Of a DNA stretch of 64,000 bases, positions 29,508-41,380 are shown piece by piece (the stretch's first letter is position 1; each line of letters begins with the position of its first letter). Both the position numbers and the translations under genes were made by a program. The stretch is from NCBI RefSeq assembly GCF_014197015.1, contig NZ_JACIET010000001.1, positions 2,323,392-2,387,391 of the forward strand. The letters are read 5' to 3'. The notes below the pieces were generated by a model that did not search any database, was not told where the DNA came from, and worked only from the letters and a program-made list of their open reading frames with translations. This DNA is from Niveibacterium umoris (lineage in GTDB: Bacteria > Pseudomonadota > Gammaproteobacteria > Burkholderiales > Rhodocyclaceae).

Positions 29508-29917
29508 GCGTTGTGTCGGCGACGGTTTTGACTTGGGGTCCCGTCGAGAGCGCCGAGTGGCGCAGCGGGGTCGGGGGATCGGCGCGGAGCGCCGACGGCG
29601 AGGACTGTCTGAGGCCCAAAGGGCCGAGTTCCGCAGCCGTCCGACTTCTCGAGCACGCGAGGGTAGTCAGGTGCGCCGCACCTGACCGCGAACGGCGTAA
29701 GCGGGGGTTCGCGGAGCACTGCTCCGCGCCGCTGGAGCGGGCAGTGTGTGCAAACACTGCACGATTTCGGGTCGCCTTTTCTTGGTTACCTCTTTTGGCA
29801 AAGCAAAAGAAGTAACACGCCCGCCGGGTGCGGGAACCCGGCCAACGATCCTGCGCGATGGCGTTGCCGATGATAGTGACGTTGGGCTTCGCCGCGCTCA
29901 GCCCAACCTACGGCCCT
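29508..29917. repeat. Structured non-coding repeat, copy 1 (about 340-bp element plus REP-like palindrome)
   Basis: Shares long identical blocks with copy 2, for example gtcggcga(c/t)ggttttgactt(g/t)gggtcccgtcgagagcgccgag and ggttac(c/t)tcttttg(g/a)c(a/g)aagcaaaagaagtaacacgcccgccgggtgcgggaacccggccaacg. The terminal palindrome is gttgggcttcgccgcgctcagcccaacctacggccct. Confidence 0.7.
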
Positions 29918-29961
29918 GAATGCAATGAAGCTCAACCTACCGGGCTACGGACGGCACACAA

Positions 29962-30297
29962 GCGTTGTGTCGGCGATGGTTTTGACTTTGGGTCCCGTCG
30001 AGAGCGCCGAGTAGCGGAGCGCGACCGGGAAGAAGGCCGAGGACTGTCTGAGCACCGAGCGCAGCGAGGGCGAGTTCCGCAGGCCCCCGGTCGCGCGAGC
30101 AACGCAGGGAAGTCAGGTGCTCCGCACCTGACCGCGAACGCCGGGTCGTCTTTTCTTGGTTACTTCTTTTGACGAAGCAAAAGAAGTAACACGCCCGCCG
30201 GGTGCGGGAACCCGGCCAACGCACGGCTGCAAGAACCATACGATGTGGCTTTGGCAATTCGTTGGGCTTCGCAAAGCTCAGCCTAACCCACGGCCCT
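29962..30297. repeat. Structured non-coding repeat, copy 2 (internal ~80-bp deletion relative to copy 1)
   Basis: Same blocks as copy 1. Terminal palindrome gttgggcttcgcaaagctcagcctaacccacggccct. Confidence 0.7.
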
Positions 30298-30701
30298 CAC
30301 GCCGGTTTCACGCGAGGGCGCCTACTCACCTCGATCTTCGATAAGTCGAATGGAGATGGGAACACTGATACCGACGATTTCTTGTACAACGAAATTTCAA
30401 ATTCGCGCCCACTTAGGTCTTTAGCAAGAAACTCAATCGATGAGTAGCTTCTGCTAACGCTGAACTTGGCGTCACAAATATCTACAACCAACATTTCATT
30501 GCGCTCAGTCCACGCTAATGCACACAACAGAATGTCATTTTTCATTTTTGTCGCACGCAATTCATTGACAAGAATGAAAGGAAGGACAGCCCAAAAAACT
30601 TCCGCAATCCAAATTGCACATTCTTTTAGGCTGGCCATGCGCCACCCCTCAAAAAACCCAGCGACAGCGAGAATGAGCCACGAAGTGTAAAGGTGCCGCA
30701 C
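30297..30701 (-). CDS. Hypothetical membrane-anchored protein in AT-rich islet (foreign codon usage)
   Basis: GTG-initiated ORF. Many A/T-ending codons (aaa, gaa, att, ttt, tgt) are unlike the host. N-terminal hydrophobic segment. The local GC is far below the rest of the window. Confidence 0.35.
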   Translation of the reverse strand: MRHLYTSWLILAVAGFFEGWRMASLKECAIWIAEVFWAVLPFILVNELRATKMKNDILLCALAWTERNEMLVVDICDAKFSVSRSYSSIEFLAKDLSGREFEISLYKKSSVSVFPSPFDLSKIEVSRRPRVKPA

Positions 30702-30982
30702 AGGTCATTTGCAATTCGCCGTATAAATGGAATTCGGGTCGTCATTTAGTGATTTCACTATTTTTGAGGCCACTGAAGCCGCTTCGCACGAATCGGCCCA
30801 AAGGTTCTTTGAGGGTTTAGAGTCAGTTCTCGCATAATTGCATCGCACTCTCTGACAACTCGCAACGCGGCCACGTGTCCCACCAGGTTGGTCCGAGCCT
30901 GAAAGCCCAATAGCCACGGTGCAGGTACGCCTTCAGCGGGGCGCTCATGACGCCCCGCCTTTCTTTTGCTGCCCTTGGCAGA

Positions 30983-33019
30983 TCAGCCATCCCCCTTCGG
31001 CTTCGTCATCCCCTCCCGAATCAAATTCCCCAGCAGCACATCCACCAGCGTGCCGCCCTGCCCGCTGCCGCCGCCTGCAACGATATCGGGCACCAGCTTC
31101 ACGCCGGCTTTCGCGAGCGCTTCGGCGACCTGCACCATCGCGTAGTTGCCGGATTCCATCGAGGCGATCTTGAGCTTGATGACTTCGGCTTCGGCGCCAC
31201 CCACGGCCTGGGTCTTCGCGGCTTCGGCTTCGCCCACGGTGCGCAGCACGGTGGCGTCGGCTTCGGCGTTGATCTTCTTCGACTGGGCCTGGCCTTCGGC
31301 TGCCTTCACGGTGGCCTTGGCGTTGAAGTCCGCAATCGTGACCTGCCGCTCGGCGTCCACCACGCGGGCCTGCGTGGCGGCGAGTGCGGTGGCCTGCTCG
31401 AGTTCCTGCTTCACGACCTGCGCCTGGCGCTGGGTGTCGTAGGTGACGCGCTCCTGCTCGGCGATCTTGCGGTCGGTGAGCGTCTTCATCAGCTCGTCCG
31501 GCGGCACGATGTCGCCAATCAGCGTATCGACCGCGCCGACGTTGTATTCCTTCAGCGCCGCGGCGATTGCCTGACGCGCTTCGTCCTGCCGCTTCGAGCG
31601 GTTTTTCAGGAAGTCGATGATGTCCGAACCCTGCGCGGCGTTGCGGAAGTAGTTGCCGATCGTCGGTTCGAGCACCTGAGTAACCAGCGCCGCCATGCCG
31701 CCGAAGCGCGCGATGACCTTGGGCGCGTCGTTGCGCGGGATGTGGATGATCTGCGAGACGTCGAGGTTGAACTTGAAGCCGTCCGCCGAACGCACCGTGA
31801 TCGTCGACAGGTTCGCGTCGAGCTTGTGCGCCTCGGTCTTGCCGGTCGCCCAGTTCAGCACCACGTTCGCGGTCGGCACGTTGCTGACCTTGTGGGTATA
31901 GGGGTTGATCGGGTACTTGCCGGGGTCCAGCGGGTCGACCCACACGCCCTTCTCGCCGCGGCTGACGAGGTTGCCGTGGCGGAAGGATTCGCCGGTGACG
32001 TCGTGGCCTTCGCGGCCGACATAGGCGATCACCACGCCCACATTGGCGATCGGCACCTCCACCATGTCGACCACTTCCACCGTCGCGAAGCGCGGGTTGA
32101 TGAAGTAGCGGCCGGCGAGCAGCACTTGCTCCTGCAGGCCCTTGCTACCGCCGTTGTCGACGAAGGCCTGCGGGTTCTGGAACATGTTGTGGCCGGCGAC
32201 TTCCGGGCCGGCGATTTCGCCGGTGACCAGCGGCTTGCCTTCCTTGGTCGTGATGATGCCGACCTTGTTTTCGGGGATGTCGACCACTTCGGCCAGATGC
32301 ACCTCGAACAGCGCCGGGTTGATGCGGTACGTCCCCGGCGTAATGACCGACATCTGCGGGCCGCGCTCGCCACCGCCGGCCAGGAAGGCCGCGCCGTCCT
32401 GGAAGGAATCACAGACGACCTGCCGCGCAATCACGCGGCCACTGGGCAGCGGTGCGCCATCGAGCGCTTCGACAATACCCAGCTTGCCCTGCGGAATGCT
32501 CACCGCCGGCTTGAGGTCGACCTTGAACAGCAGCGTGTTGATCCGGTAGGTGCCAGGCGGAATCAGCGCCATCTGCGGGCCGCGCTCGCCGTTGTTCTGC
32601 AGGAAGGCACGCGCATCCTGGTAGGTGTCGCACTCGACCTGCTTGGCGATGATGCGGCCGCTGGGCAGCGGGTTGCCGTCGCAAGCTTCGACCACGCCGA
32701 CTTCGCCCTGCGGCACGGTGAAGAACTTGACCAGCTCCACCGTGTATTGCCAGGGCCACAGCGCCACATGCAGGCCCGGTGCAAGCGTATCGGCCTGGTA
32801 ACCGGCCTCGCCGTTGAGCGCGATGATGCGGCCGTCCGGCAGGTTGCGGTTGGCGCCGAACAGCACGAATTTCTTGGTGACCACGCCAAGGCTGTCGTCC
32901 GGCACGATGATCACGCCGAACAGCCACAGCACCCACTTGTAGCCGATCGCCACGACGATCAGGCCGATGAGGACGAACAGCCAGGTGGCATGCCCGACCA
33001 GGGATTCGAAAAAGTCCAT
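30983..33019 (-). CDS. Flotillin-family (SPFH/band-7) membrane protein with triplicated internal repeat
   Basis: N-terminal TM, three about 58-aa repeats (...GERGPQM..I.PGTYRIN..LF.V.L...), and a long Ala/Glu/Gln-rich coiled-coil C-terminus typical of flotillins. Confidence 0.85.
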   Translation of the reverse strand: MDFFESLVGHATWLFVLIGLIVVAIGYKWVLWLFGVIIVPDDSLGVVTKKFVLFGANRNLPDGRIIALNGEAGYQADTLAPGLHVALWPWQYTVELVKFFTVPQGEVGVVEACDGNPLPSGRIIAKQVECDTYQDARAFLQNNGERGPQMALIPPGTYRINTLLFKVDLKPAVSIPQGKLGIVEALDGAPLPSGRVIARQVVCDSFQDGAAFLAGGGERGPQMSVITPGTYRINPALFEVHLAEVVDIPENKVGIITTKEGKPLVTGEIAGPEVAGHNMFQNPQAFVDNGGSKGLQEQVLLAGRYFINPRFATVEVVDMVEVPIANVGVVIAYVGREGHDVTGESFRHGNLVSRGEKGVWVDPLDPGKYPINPYTHKVSNVPTANVVLNWATGKTEAHKLDANLSTITVRSADGFKFNLDVSQIIHIPRNDAPKVIARFGGMAALVTQVLEPTIGNYFRNAAQGSDIIDFLKNRSKRQDEARQAIAAALKEYNVGAVDTLIGDIVPPDELMKTLTDRKIAEQERVTYDTQRQAQVVKQELEQATALAATQARVVDAERQVTIADFNAKATVKAAEGQAQSKKINAEADATVLRTVGEAEAAKTQAVGGAEAEVIKLKIASMESGNYAMVQVAEALAKAGVKLVPDIVAGGGSGQGGTLVDVLLGNLIREGMTKPKGDG

Positions 33020-33175
33020 GAGTTCCTGTCTCGCTTGAGTGAGGGGAAGGCAGGATCCTCGGACGATTTACACCCGCACGCCCTGCAGCAGATCAAGCCC
33101 GCAGCGAGCATAGGAGCGCCACGCGTTAAGGCATGCCAACAAGCGCACACTGCGCCGCCGGCCCGCGATCGTGCG

Positions 33176-34003
33176 TCACTCGTCGATGGGGCGATCGACC
33201 CGCTCGGCTGATTCCCACAACGACCACGCCACCGAGATACCGGCGGTGATGTTGTTGTGCTGCCGCACCAGCGGGCTGTCTTCAAAGGCAGCGCCGGCTA
33301 CCGTGCTGCCGCGAACGAAGCTGCCGAACCAGGCCCGCCCCATGCGGCGCGACAGTGTCAGCGTGAGCTGGGCACCGCCGTAGCCGGACTTTGCCGCGTA
33401 GGCGGGGCGATCTGGCCGCGCGTATTCCGGGGCCACGTCATACACATAGGCATGGCTGGCGCGGTCGCCGAAGTAAGGCCCGCCGGAGACCGCAAAACGC
33501 CAGCCCGGCACCGGCTGATCGAAGATGTCGAAGGCCAGCGTCGGCGTGCTCGCCCAGCCGGCATCCTGTGCGGTGCCGATCGCAACCACCTTGCGGATCG
33601 GCAGCCGCGCCATCAGGCGATAGCCGTCTTCCCAACTGCCGGCAATCCGCCACACCAATTGCGGGCCGATCTCGATCGTCGGCTTGAGGTCGGGCATTCC
33701 GGCGCGGGCGGCGTTGTCGTTGCTGCGCACCGGCACGCCGGCCGAAAGGCTGATATCGAGTTCCAGCCGATCGGAATCGAACAGCTTGCCGCGCAGGCCA
33801 TCGCGATCGGCACGCAGGCGATCGCCGCGATACACCACGAAGGGCACCGGCAGCAGATAGGCATGCTGCTCATCCGACCCGCGGTAATCAGGGAGCGTCA
33901 TCGCGCCGACGCCGAGGCCAAGTTCCCACTTGGGCAGATCGGCGGCGCGTGCAGGCGCGCTCAGCGCCACGGCGAGCGACGCCAGCAAGGGGAAAAGCTT
34001 CAT
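33176..34003 (-). CDS. MipA/OmpV-family outer membrane protein
   Basis: Signal peptide MKLFPLLASLAVALSAPARA and beta-barrel-like alternating pattern. The start coordinate is approximate (+/-1 nt), because my own reading of the line did not match the track frame. Confidence 0.75.
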   Translation of the reverse strand: MKLFPLLASLAVALSAPARAADLPKWELGLGVGAMTLPDYRGSDEQHAYLLPVPFVVYRGDRLRADRDGLRGKLFDSDRLELDISLSAGVPVRSNDNAARAGMPDLKPTIEIGPQLVWRIAGSWEDGYRLMARLPIRKVVAIGTAQDAGWASTPTLAFDIFDQPVPGWRFAVSGGPYFGDRASHAYVYDVAPEYARPDRPAYAAKSGYGGAQLTLTLSRRMGRAWFGSFVRGSTVAGAAFEDSPLVRQHNNITAGISVAWSLWESAERVDRPIDE

Positions 34004-34066
34004 GCGCGGCGGCTCCACAAAGGGCGTGATTCTAGGGCCGGTTTGCCGCGCCACGCGCCCCGCTGT

Positions 34067-34558
34067 TCAGTCAAGCGCCAGCGCCGCCTCGTCGTGACCG
34101 AGCAACTGGGCCAGCCCGGCCACCACCAGTTCATGGTCCGCCCGTTGCGGCAGACCCGACACCGTAACGGTGCCGATCATCCCTGCGGCCGCCACGCGGA
34201 TCGGGAAACAGCCGCCGTGCCAGGCGTAGTCACGCAGCGGCAGGCCCATCTTCTCGTCCAGCCCCTTGCCGTCGCGCCGGCATTCCAGCGATACCGCGTA
34301 GGAACTGCGCTGCATCAGCGTGACCACGTTGTGCTTGCGCCGCGCCCAGTCGGCATTGGCCGGCGTGGTGCCCGGCATGGCGTGCAGGAAGACGATGTCC
34401 TCCCCACGGCGGATCACGATCGTCACCGCCTGGCCTGCTGCCCTTGCACGTACACGCAGCGCTTCGCCCAACTGCCACGCAAGATCTTCGTCAAACGCGG
34501 GGAAGATCAGCGTCTCTTCCTGACGCGCGAGTTTTTCCAGTTCGTGTTCGAAGTCCAT
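34067..34558 (-). CDS. GlcG/HbpS-like (DUF336) haem-binding/degrading domain protein
   Basis: 163 aa, with the ...GGAIVIRRGED...AAAGMIGTVTVSGLPQRADHEL pattern of the DUF336 family. 8 nt downstream of the oxidoreductase gene. Confidence 0.65.
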   Translation of the reverse strand: MDFEHELEKLARQEETLIFPAFDEDLAWQLGEALRVRARAAGQAVTIVIRRGEDIVFLHAMPGTTPANADWARRKHNVVTLMQRSSYAVSLECRRDGKGLDEKMGLPLRDYAWHGGCFPIRVAAAGMIGTVTVSGLPQRADHELVVAGLAQLLGHDEAALALD

Positions 34559-34566
34559 GTCTCACC

Positions 34567-35616
34567 TCAATCCAGACCAACGACAGGCGCGACACGCCCT
34601 TCGCGGAAGCTGGCGAGCCCGAGGTCGATGAGTTGCATCACTTTCAGCGCATCGCTGGCCGGCACCGGGTTCGACGCGCCCTGCAGGATCGCGTCGCGCA
34701 CCGCGGCGTAGTAGCGGCTGTAGTCGCCCCGCTCACCGGCAAATTCGCGGGAAATCAACGCATCGCCTTCGCTGGTCGTGAGCGTGCCGGGGCGCGGGTC
34801 GACACCCCAGTCCGCAGCGCCGGGGCGACCACCCAGCTTCAGCGCATCTTCTTGCGGATCGAGGCCGAACTTGCTGAAGCTGCCGCGCGTGCCGTGCAGC
34901 GCAAAGCGTGGGCCAAGGTCGCCAACCAGCGCGCTGGCATGCAGGATCACCCGCAGGCCGTCGTAGCGCAGCACGGCGTGGAACCAGTCGTCCGCTGCGG
35001 CGCCGTCGCGCTGCTTGGCCAGATCCAGCGAAATGATCTGCGGCGTACCGAACAGTTGCAGCGCCTGATCCAGCAGGTGCGAACCGAGGTCGTACCAGAG
35101 GCCGCTGCCGGGTGCGCCGGATTCACGCCATCGCTGACGCACCAGCGGGCGGAAGCGATCAAAGTGCGACTCGAAGTGGGTCAGGCGGCCCAGTTCGCCG
35201 CTGGCGAGGATCTGCTTGACGGTCAGGAAGTCGGCGTCCCAGCGCCGGTTGTGGAACACCGATAGCACCCGCCCGGCGGCGTCGGCACGGGCGATCAGGT
35301 CACGGGCTTCGGCTGCGTCGAGTGTGAAGGGTTTGTCCACCACGACGTGCTTGCCCGCCGCGAGCGCTTTCACCGCGAGCGGATAGTGCGTCTCGTTCGG
35401 CGTCGGGATCACGACCAGATCGATGTCCGGCCGCGCGAAGAGCGCATCGGGCGATTCGCAGGTGTCGACCTGCGGCCACGCGGCCCGCACCTTGGCCGGA
35501 TCGCTCGAGGATATCGCCGTAAGCGCCAAGCCCGGCACGGATGCGATCAGGGGCGCATGGAAGGTGGCGGTGGCAAAACCAAAACCGACCACGCCAACCT
35601 TGAGGGTGGAATTCAT
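34567..35616 (-). CDS. Gfo/Idh/MocA-family NAD(P)-dependent oxidoreductase
   Basis: Rossmann N-terminus LKVGVVGFGFATATFHAP and EKP motif VVDKPFTL. AGGAG RBS. Confidence 0.85.
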   Translation of the reverse strand: MNSTLKVGVVGFGFATATFHAPLIASVPGLALTAISSSDPAKVRAAWPQVDTCESPDALFARPDIDLVVIPTPNETHYPLAVKALAAGKHVVVDKPFTLDAAEARDLIARADAAGRVLSVFHNRRWDADFLTVKQILASGELGRLTHFESHFDRFRPLVRQRWRESGAPGSGLWYDLGSHLLDQALQLFGTPQIISLDLAKQRDGAAADDWFHAVLRYDGLRVILHASALVGDLGPRFALHGTRGSFSKFGLDPQEDALKLGGRPGAADWGVDPRPGTLTTSEGDALISREFAGERGDYSRYYAAVRDAILQGASNPVPASDALKVMQLIDLGLASFREGRVAPVVGLD

Positions 35617-35856
35617 GTAGGCACTCCTGGCAAGAACCCGAGGCAAATGCGCACTGGCGGCCCGTGGCGTAAAAGCTCAAGCGGCCAATAACAGGCCATG
35701 GGCAAGCGGATCAAGCTGCTGCGACGCAACAATTTGATTTGCCTCTCTACTTTGGATCGAGCGTCGATCTTATACTCCCCATTGCGGTTTACCCTGAATT
35801 TTGCCAAGCACTCACCGCCCCTTCCCCCAAGGGCGTGCGCGGCGAAAAGGCCCCCC

Positions 35857-36162
35857 ATGCACGCCCCGATGTACCTTCCCTGGCTGGCCCGCAAGGCCGG
35901 CATCAGCGACACCCAGGCGCTGGAGTACTGGCACGAAGCATTGCGCCACGCCACCGAAAGCACCGGCTGGGTCGGCGGATCCGACTACTGGGCGGCTGCC
36001 CACGATCGCCTGCTCGAACTGACCGACGCGGCGCGTCGACGCCATTCGACGCCGCACATCGTGCGCATGGTGCGCACCCAGCATCACCTCGCCCAGTTGC
36101 CGCTACAGGCGTTTGAAGACCTGCTCGGCGGCCTGCGCGCCAGCTTTCAGCGCCCGGCCTGA
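35857..36162 (+). CDS. Hypothetical small protein upstream of leuS
   Basis: AAAAGG 6 nt upstream of ATG 35857. 101 aa, no motif. Confidence 0.3.
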   Translation: MHAPMYLPWLARKAGISDTQALEYWHEALRHATESTGWVGGSDYWAAAHDRLLELTDAARRRHSTPHIVRMVRTQHHLAQLPLQAFEDLLGGLRASFQRPA

Positions 36163-38895
<2,733 letters not shown>

Positions 38896-38896
38896 C

Positions 38897-39427
38897 GTGG
38901 GGGTTACGATCAGGATTCGCCGCGCGGAGCCGGGCGACGCCGCCGCGTTCGCCCGCGTGCTGGCGCCGGTCGAGGTCTTCGCCAACACGCTGCAGCAGCC
39001 CTACCCCTCGGTCGAACACTGGAAGGCCCGACTGGCAAGCAACGCACCAATCGAAGCGCCATTGATCGCCGAGGTCGACGGCGAGGTCGTCGGCTTCGCC
39101 GGCCTGCATCGCGAGACCGGTCCGCGACGTGCCCACGCGGCACACCTCGGCATTACTGTGGATCGCGACTGGCAGGGCAAGGGCATCGGCCGCGCGCTGA
39201 TGCACGCCTTGCTCGATGTCGCCGATAACTGGCTGGGCTTGCAGCGGATCGAGCTGGGCGTGTTCTCCGACAACGCGCGCGCGATCAAACTCTACGAATC
39301 CTGCGGATTCGTGCGCGAAGCGGTGCTGCGCGGCGATGCGCTGCGCAACGGCCAGTTCGCCGACACCGTTGTGATGGCACGCCTGCATCCCAACCCGCCG
39401 CAGCTCCCGACCGAGGAAAACACGTGA
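38897..39427 (+). CDS. GNAT-family N-acetyltransferase
   Basis: Acetyl-CoA-binding motif RDWQGKGIGRALMHALLDVA. GTG at 38897 (or TTG at 38885 overlapping the leuS 3' end). Its stop overlaps the lptE GTG start. Confidence 0.75.
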   Translation: MGVTIRIRRAEPGDAAAFARVLAPVEVFANTLQQPYPSVEHWKARLASNAPIEAPLIAEVDGEVVGFAGLHRETGPRRAHAAHLGITVDRDWQGKGIGRALMHALLDVADNWLGLQRIELGVFSDNARAIKLYESCGFVREAVLRGDALRNGQFADTVVMARLHPNPPQLPTEENT

Positions 39428-39954
39428 CGCGACTTCGCTCTGCCCTGCTGCTCGGCTGCATCGCACTGTTGAGCGCATGCGGTTTTCACCTGCGCGGTGC
39501 GCAACCGCTGCCCTTCAAATCGATTCACCTCGGCGTGTCGGCCTACAGCGAGGCGGGCGCAAACTTGCGCCGCCAGATCGCGGCCAACGGCGGCACACAG
39601 GTGATGGAAAAGGCCGATGACGCTGAGGTCAGCCTGATCATCGTCCAGGATGTGAAGGAGCGGATCATCCTGACGCTGAACACCGATGGCCGGGTGCGCG
39701 AGTACGAACTGCGCGACCGCATCGTGTTCAAGGTGGTCGACCGCAAGGGCCGCGAGGTAATCCCCGCAACCGAACTGACCGCCAGACGCGAGATCACCTT
39801 CAACGATTCGCTGGTGCTGGCCAAGGAACAGGAAGAAGCGCAGTACCACCGCGAAATGGAAAACGATCTGGTGCAGCGCATCCTGCGCCGCATGGCCAGC
39901 GCACCCTGGCCGCTGCCCGAAATCCCCGCCACGCAGTCCGCCCCGGCCCGCTGA
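39424..39954 (+). CDS. lptE: LPS-assembly lipoprotein LptE
   Basis: Lipoprotein signal LLLGCIALLSAC. In the conserved leuS-lptE-holA position. GTG start. Confidence 0.8.
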   Translation: MTRLRSALLLGCIALLSACGFHLRGAQPLPFKSIHLGVSAYSEAGANLRRQIAANGGTQVMEKADDAEVSLIIVQDVKERIILTLNTDGRVREYELRDRIVFKVVDRKGREVIPATELTARREITFNDSLVLAKEQEEAQYHREMENDLVQRILRRMASAPWPLPEIPATQSAPAR

Positions 39955-39961
39955 GCATTTG

Positions 39962-40990
39962 ATGGCGCTGCGTGCGGAACAACTGATCGCGCAACTCGAC
40001 AAGGGTCTCGCGCCGCTCTACGTCGTGCATGGCGATGAGCCCCTGCTGGTGCTCGAGGCGACCGATGCCATCCGCAGTGCCGCACGCACGCGAGGCATCG
40101 ACGAACGCGAAGTGCTGGTGGTCACCCATGGTTTCAAGTGGAACACGCTGGAGATGGCCGCGGGCAACTTGTCGCTGTTTGGCTCCAGCAAGCTGATCGA
40201 CCTGCGCATCCCCACCGGCAAGCCGGGCCGCGAGGGCGGCGAGGCGCTGCAGCGCTATGTCAAGCACCTCGACCCTCAGGGCGTCATCACGCTGATCACC
40301 CTGCCGCAACTCGACTGGGCAGCGCGCAAGGCGGCGTGGTTCGTCGCGCTGCTCGAAGCGGCCGTCGAAGTCGAATGCAACGCACCGCCATTCGCCCAAC
40401 TGCCCGACTGGCTGGCCGGGCGGCTGGCGCGACAGAAGCAGCGCGCACCACAAGAGGCGCTCGAATTCATCGCCCAGCATGTCGAAGGCAATCTGCTGGC
40501 GGCGCATCAGGAACTGCAGAAACTCGCGCTGCTGTTCGAGCCGGGCGAACTCACGCTGGCCCAGGTGCAGGATGCGGTGCTGAATGTCGCGCGCTACGAC
40601 ACCGAGAAATTGCGCCTCGCCCTGCTGGAGGGCGACCCCGCACGACTGACGCGGCTGATCGAAGGCCTGCAGGGCGAAGGCGCCGCACCGCCGCTGGTGC
40701 TGTGGGCGATGACGGCGGAAATCCGCTCGCTTGCGCTGTTGCGCGCCGGACAGGATAGCGGGCAGCCGCTCGCGGCGCTGTTCAAGCGCGAACGCGTCTT
40801 CGATCGTGATAAGCAGGCACTGATCCAGCGCGCATTGCCAAGGCTGTCGCTTGGTGCGCTGCGCGCCGCGCTGATGCACGCCGCCCGCGTCGACCGCATC
40901 ATCAAGGGCGTCGGCGAAGGCGAGTTGTGGAACGAGTTCCTGCAACTCGCGCTGCGCCTGGCGAACACCCCGAAACGCCGCCGCGCCTGA
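39962..40990 (+). CDS. holA: DNA polymerase III subunit delta
   Basis: MALRAEQLIAQLDKGLAPLYVVHGDEPLL is the typical HolA N-terminus, about 342 aa. Confidence 0.85.
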   Translation: MALRAEQLIAQLDKGLAPLYVVHGDEPLLVLEATDAIRSAARTRGIDEREVLVVTHGFKWNTLEMAAGNLSLFGSSKLIDLRIPTGKPGREGGEALQRYVKHLDPQGVITLITLPQLDWAARKAAWFVALLEAAVEVECNAPPFAQLPDWLAGRLARQKQRAPQEALEFIAQHVEGNLLAAHQELQKLALLFEPGELTLAQVQDAVLNVARYDTEKLRLALLEGDPARLTRLIEGLQGEGAAPPLVLWAMTAEIRSLALLRAGQDSGQPLAALFKRERVFDRDKQALIQRALPRLSLGALRAALMHAARVDRIIKGVGEGELWNEFLQLALRLANTPKRRRA

Positions 40991-41020
40991 TCCACCCGTG
41001 AACCTGCAGGACAAAAAAAT

Positions 41021-41048
41021 GGCGACCTGAGGTCGCCGAGCTTTTGTT
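41021..41048 (+). terminator. Rho-independent terminator after holA
   Basis: ggcgacctgaggtcgcc hairpin followed by gagcttttgtt. Confidence 0.6.
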
Positions 41049-41317
41049 ATTCACTCCGCCACCGGGGCGGCTGGAGTGTCGATACGCGCAGTCCGTTGTT
41101 TGAGGCGAGCGGATCACTTGCTCGCCGTTGTGTGACAGGAACACCCCGGAAGGCCCGGCGGGCGTCATGACAGGGGGAGCAGCCATGCGCAACCCGGTGC
41201 GGGGAGGGAGGGATTTCACCGGAGGCCTATTGCGCTCCCGGGTGTCCGTCGGGGTTAACCCTAAGTCACCCCTCGAACAAAAGCAATACAACGCCCATTC
41301 AATCTTTTTATGACACC

Positions 41318-41352
41318 GTAAAGGAAACGCGGCGGCTCCGAAGAGCCGCCGC
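41318..41352 (-). terminator. Hairpin terminator after lpdA
   Basis: gcggcggctccgaagagccgccgc hairpin with a U-rich flank on the minus strand (guuuccuuu). Confidence 0.45.
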
Positions 41353-41380
41353 ATCCCAGTCAGTCTCCCCCGAGACTTCC

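Noticed and set aside
29508-30297. Possible CRISPR array
   Set aside because: Repeats are hundreds of bp long, there are only two copies, and there are no regular short repeat-spacer units and no cas genes.
29828-30447. Small ORFs (e.g. 29828..30172, 30202..30447) translating ...LGFAALSPTYGP...
   Set aside because: These are frames through the REP-like palindromes. Such peptides are a familiar mis-annotation of repeat elements.
30945-33211. Long overlapping frames (332 aa on minus, 754 aa on plus) across the flotillin gene
   Set aside because: Arg/Gly-rich nonsense translations. The flotillin frame has the TM, repeats and coiled-coil.
33257-34711. 484-aa plus-strand ORF across MipA/GlcG
   Set aside because: Antisense to two genes with clear family signatures. 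Composition is low-complexity.
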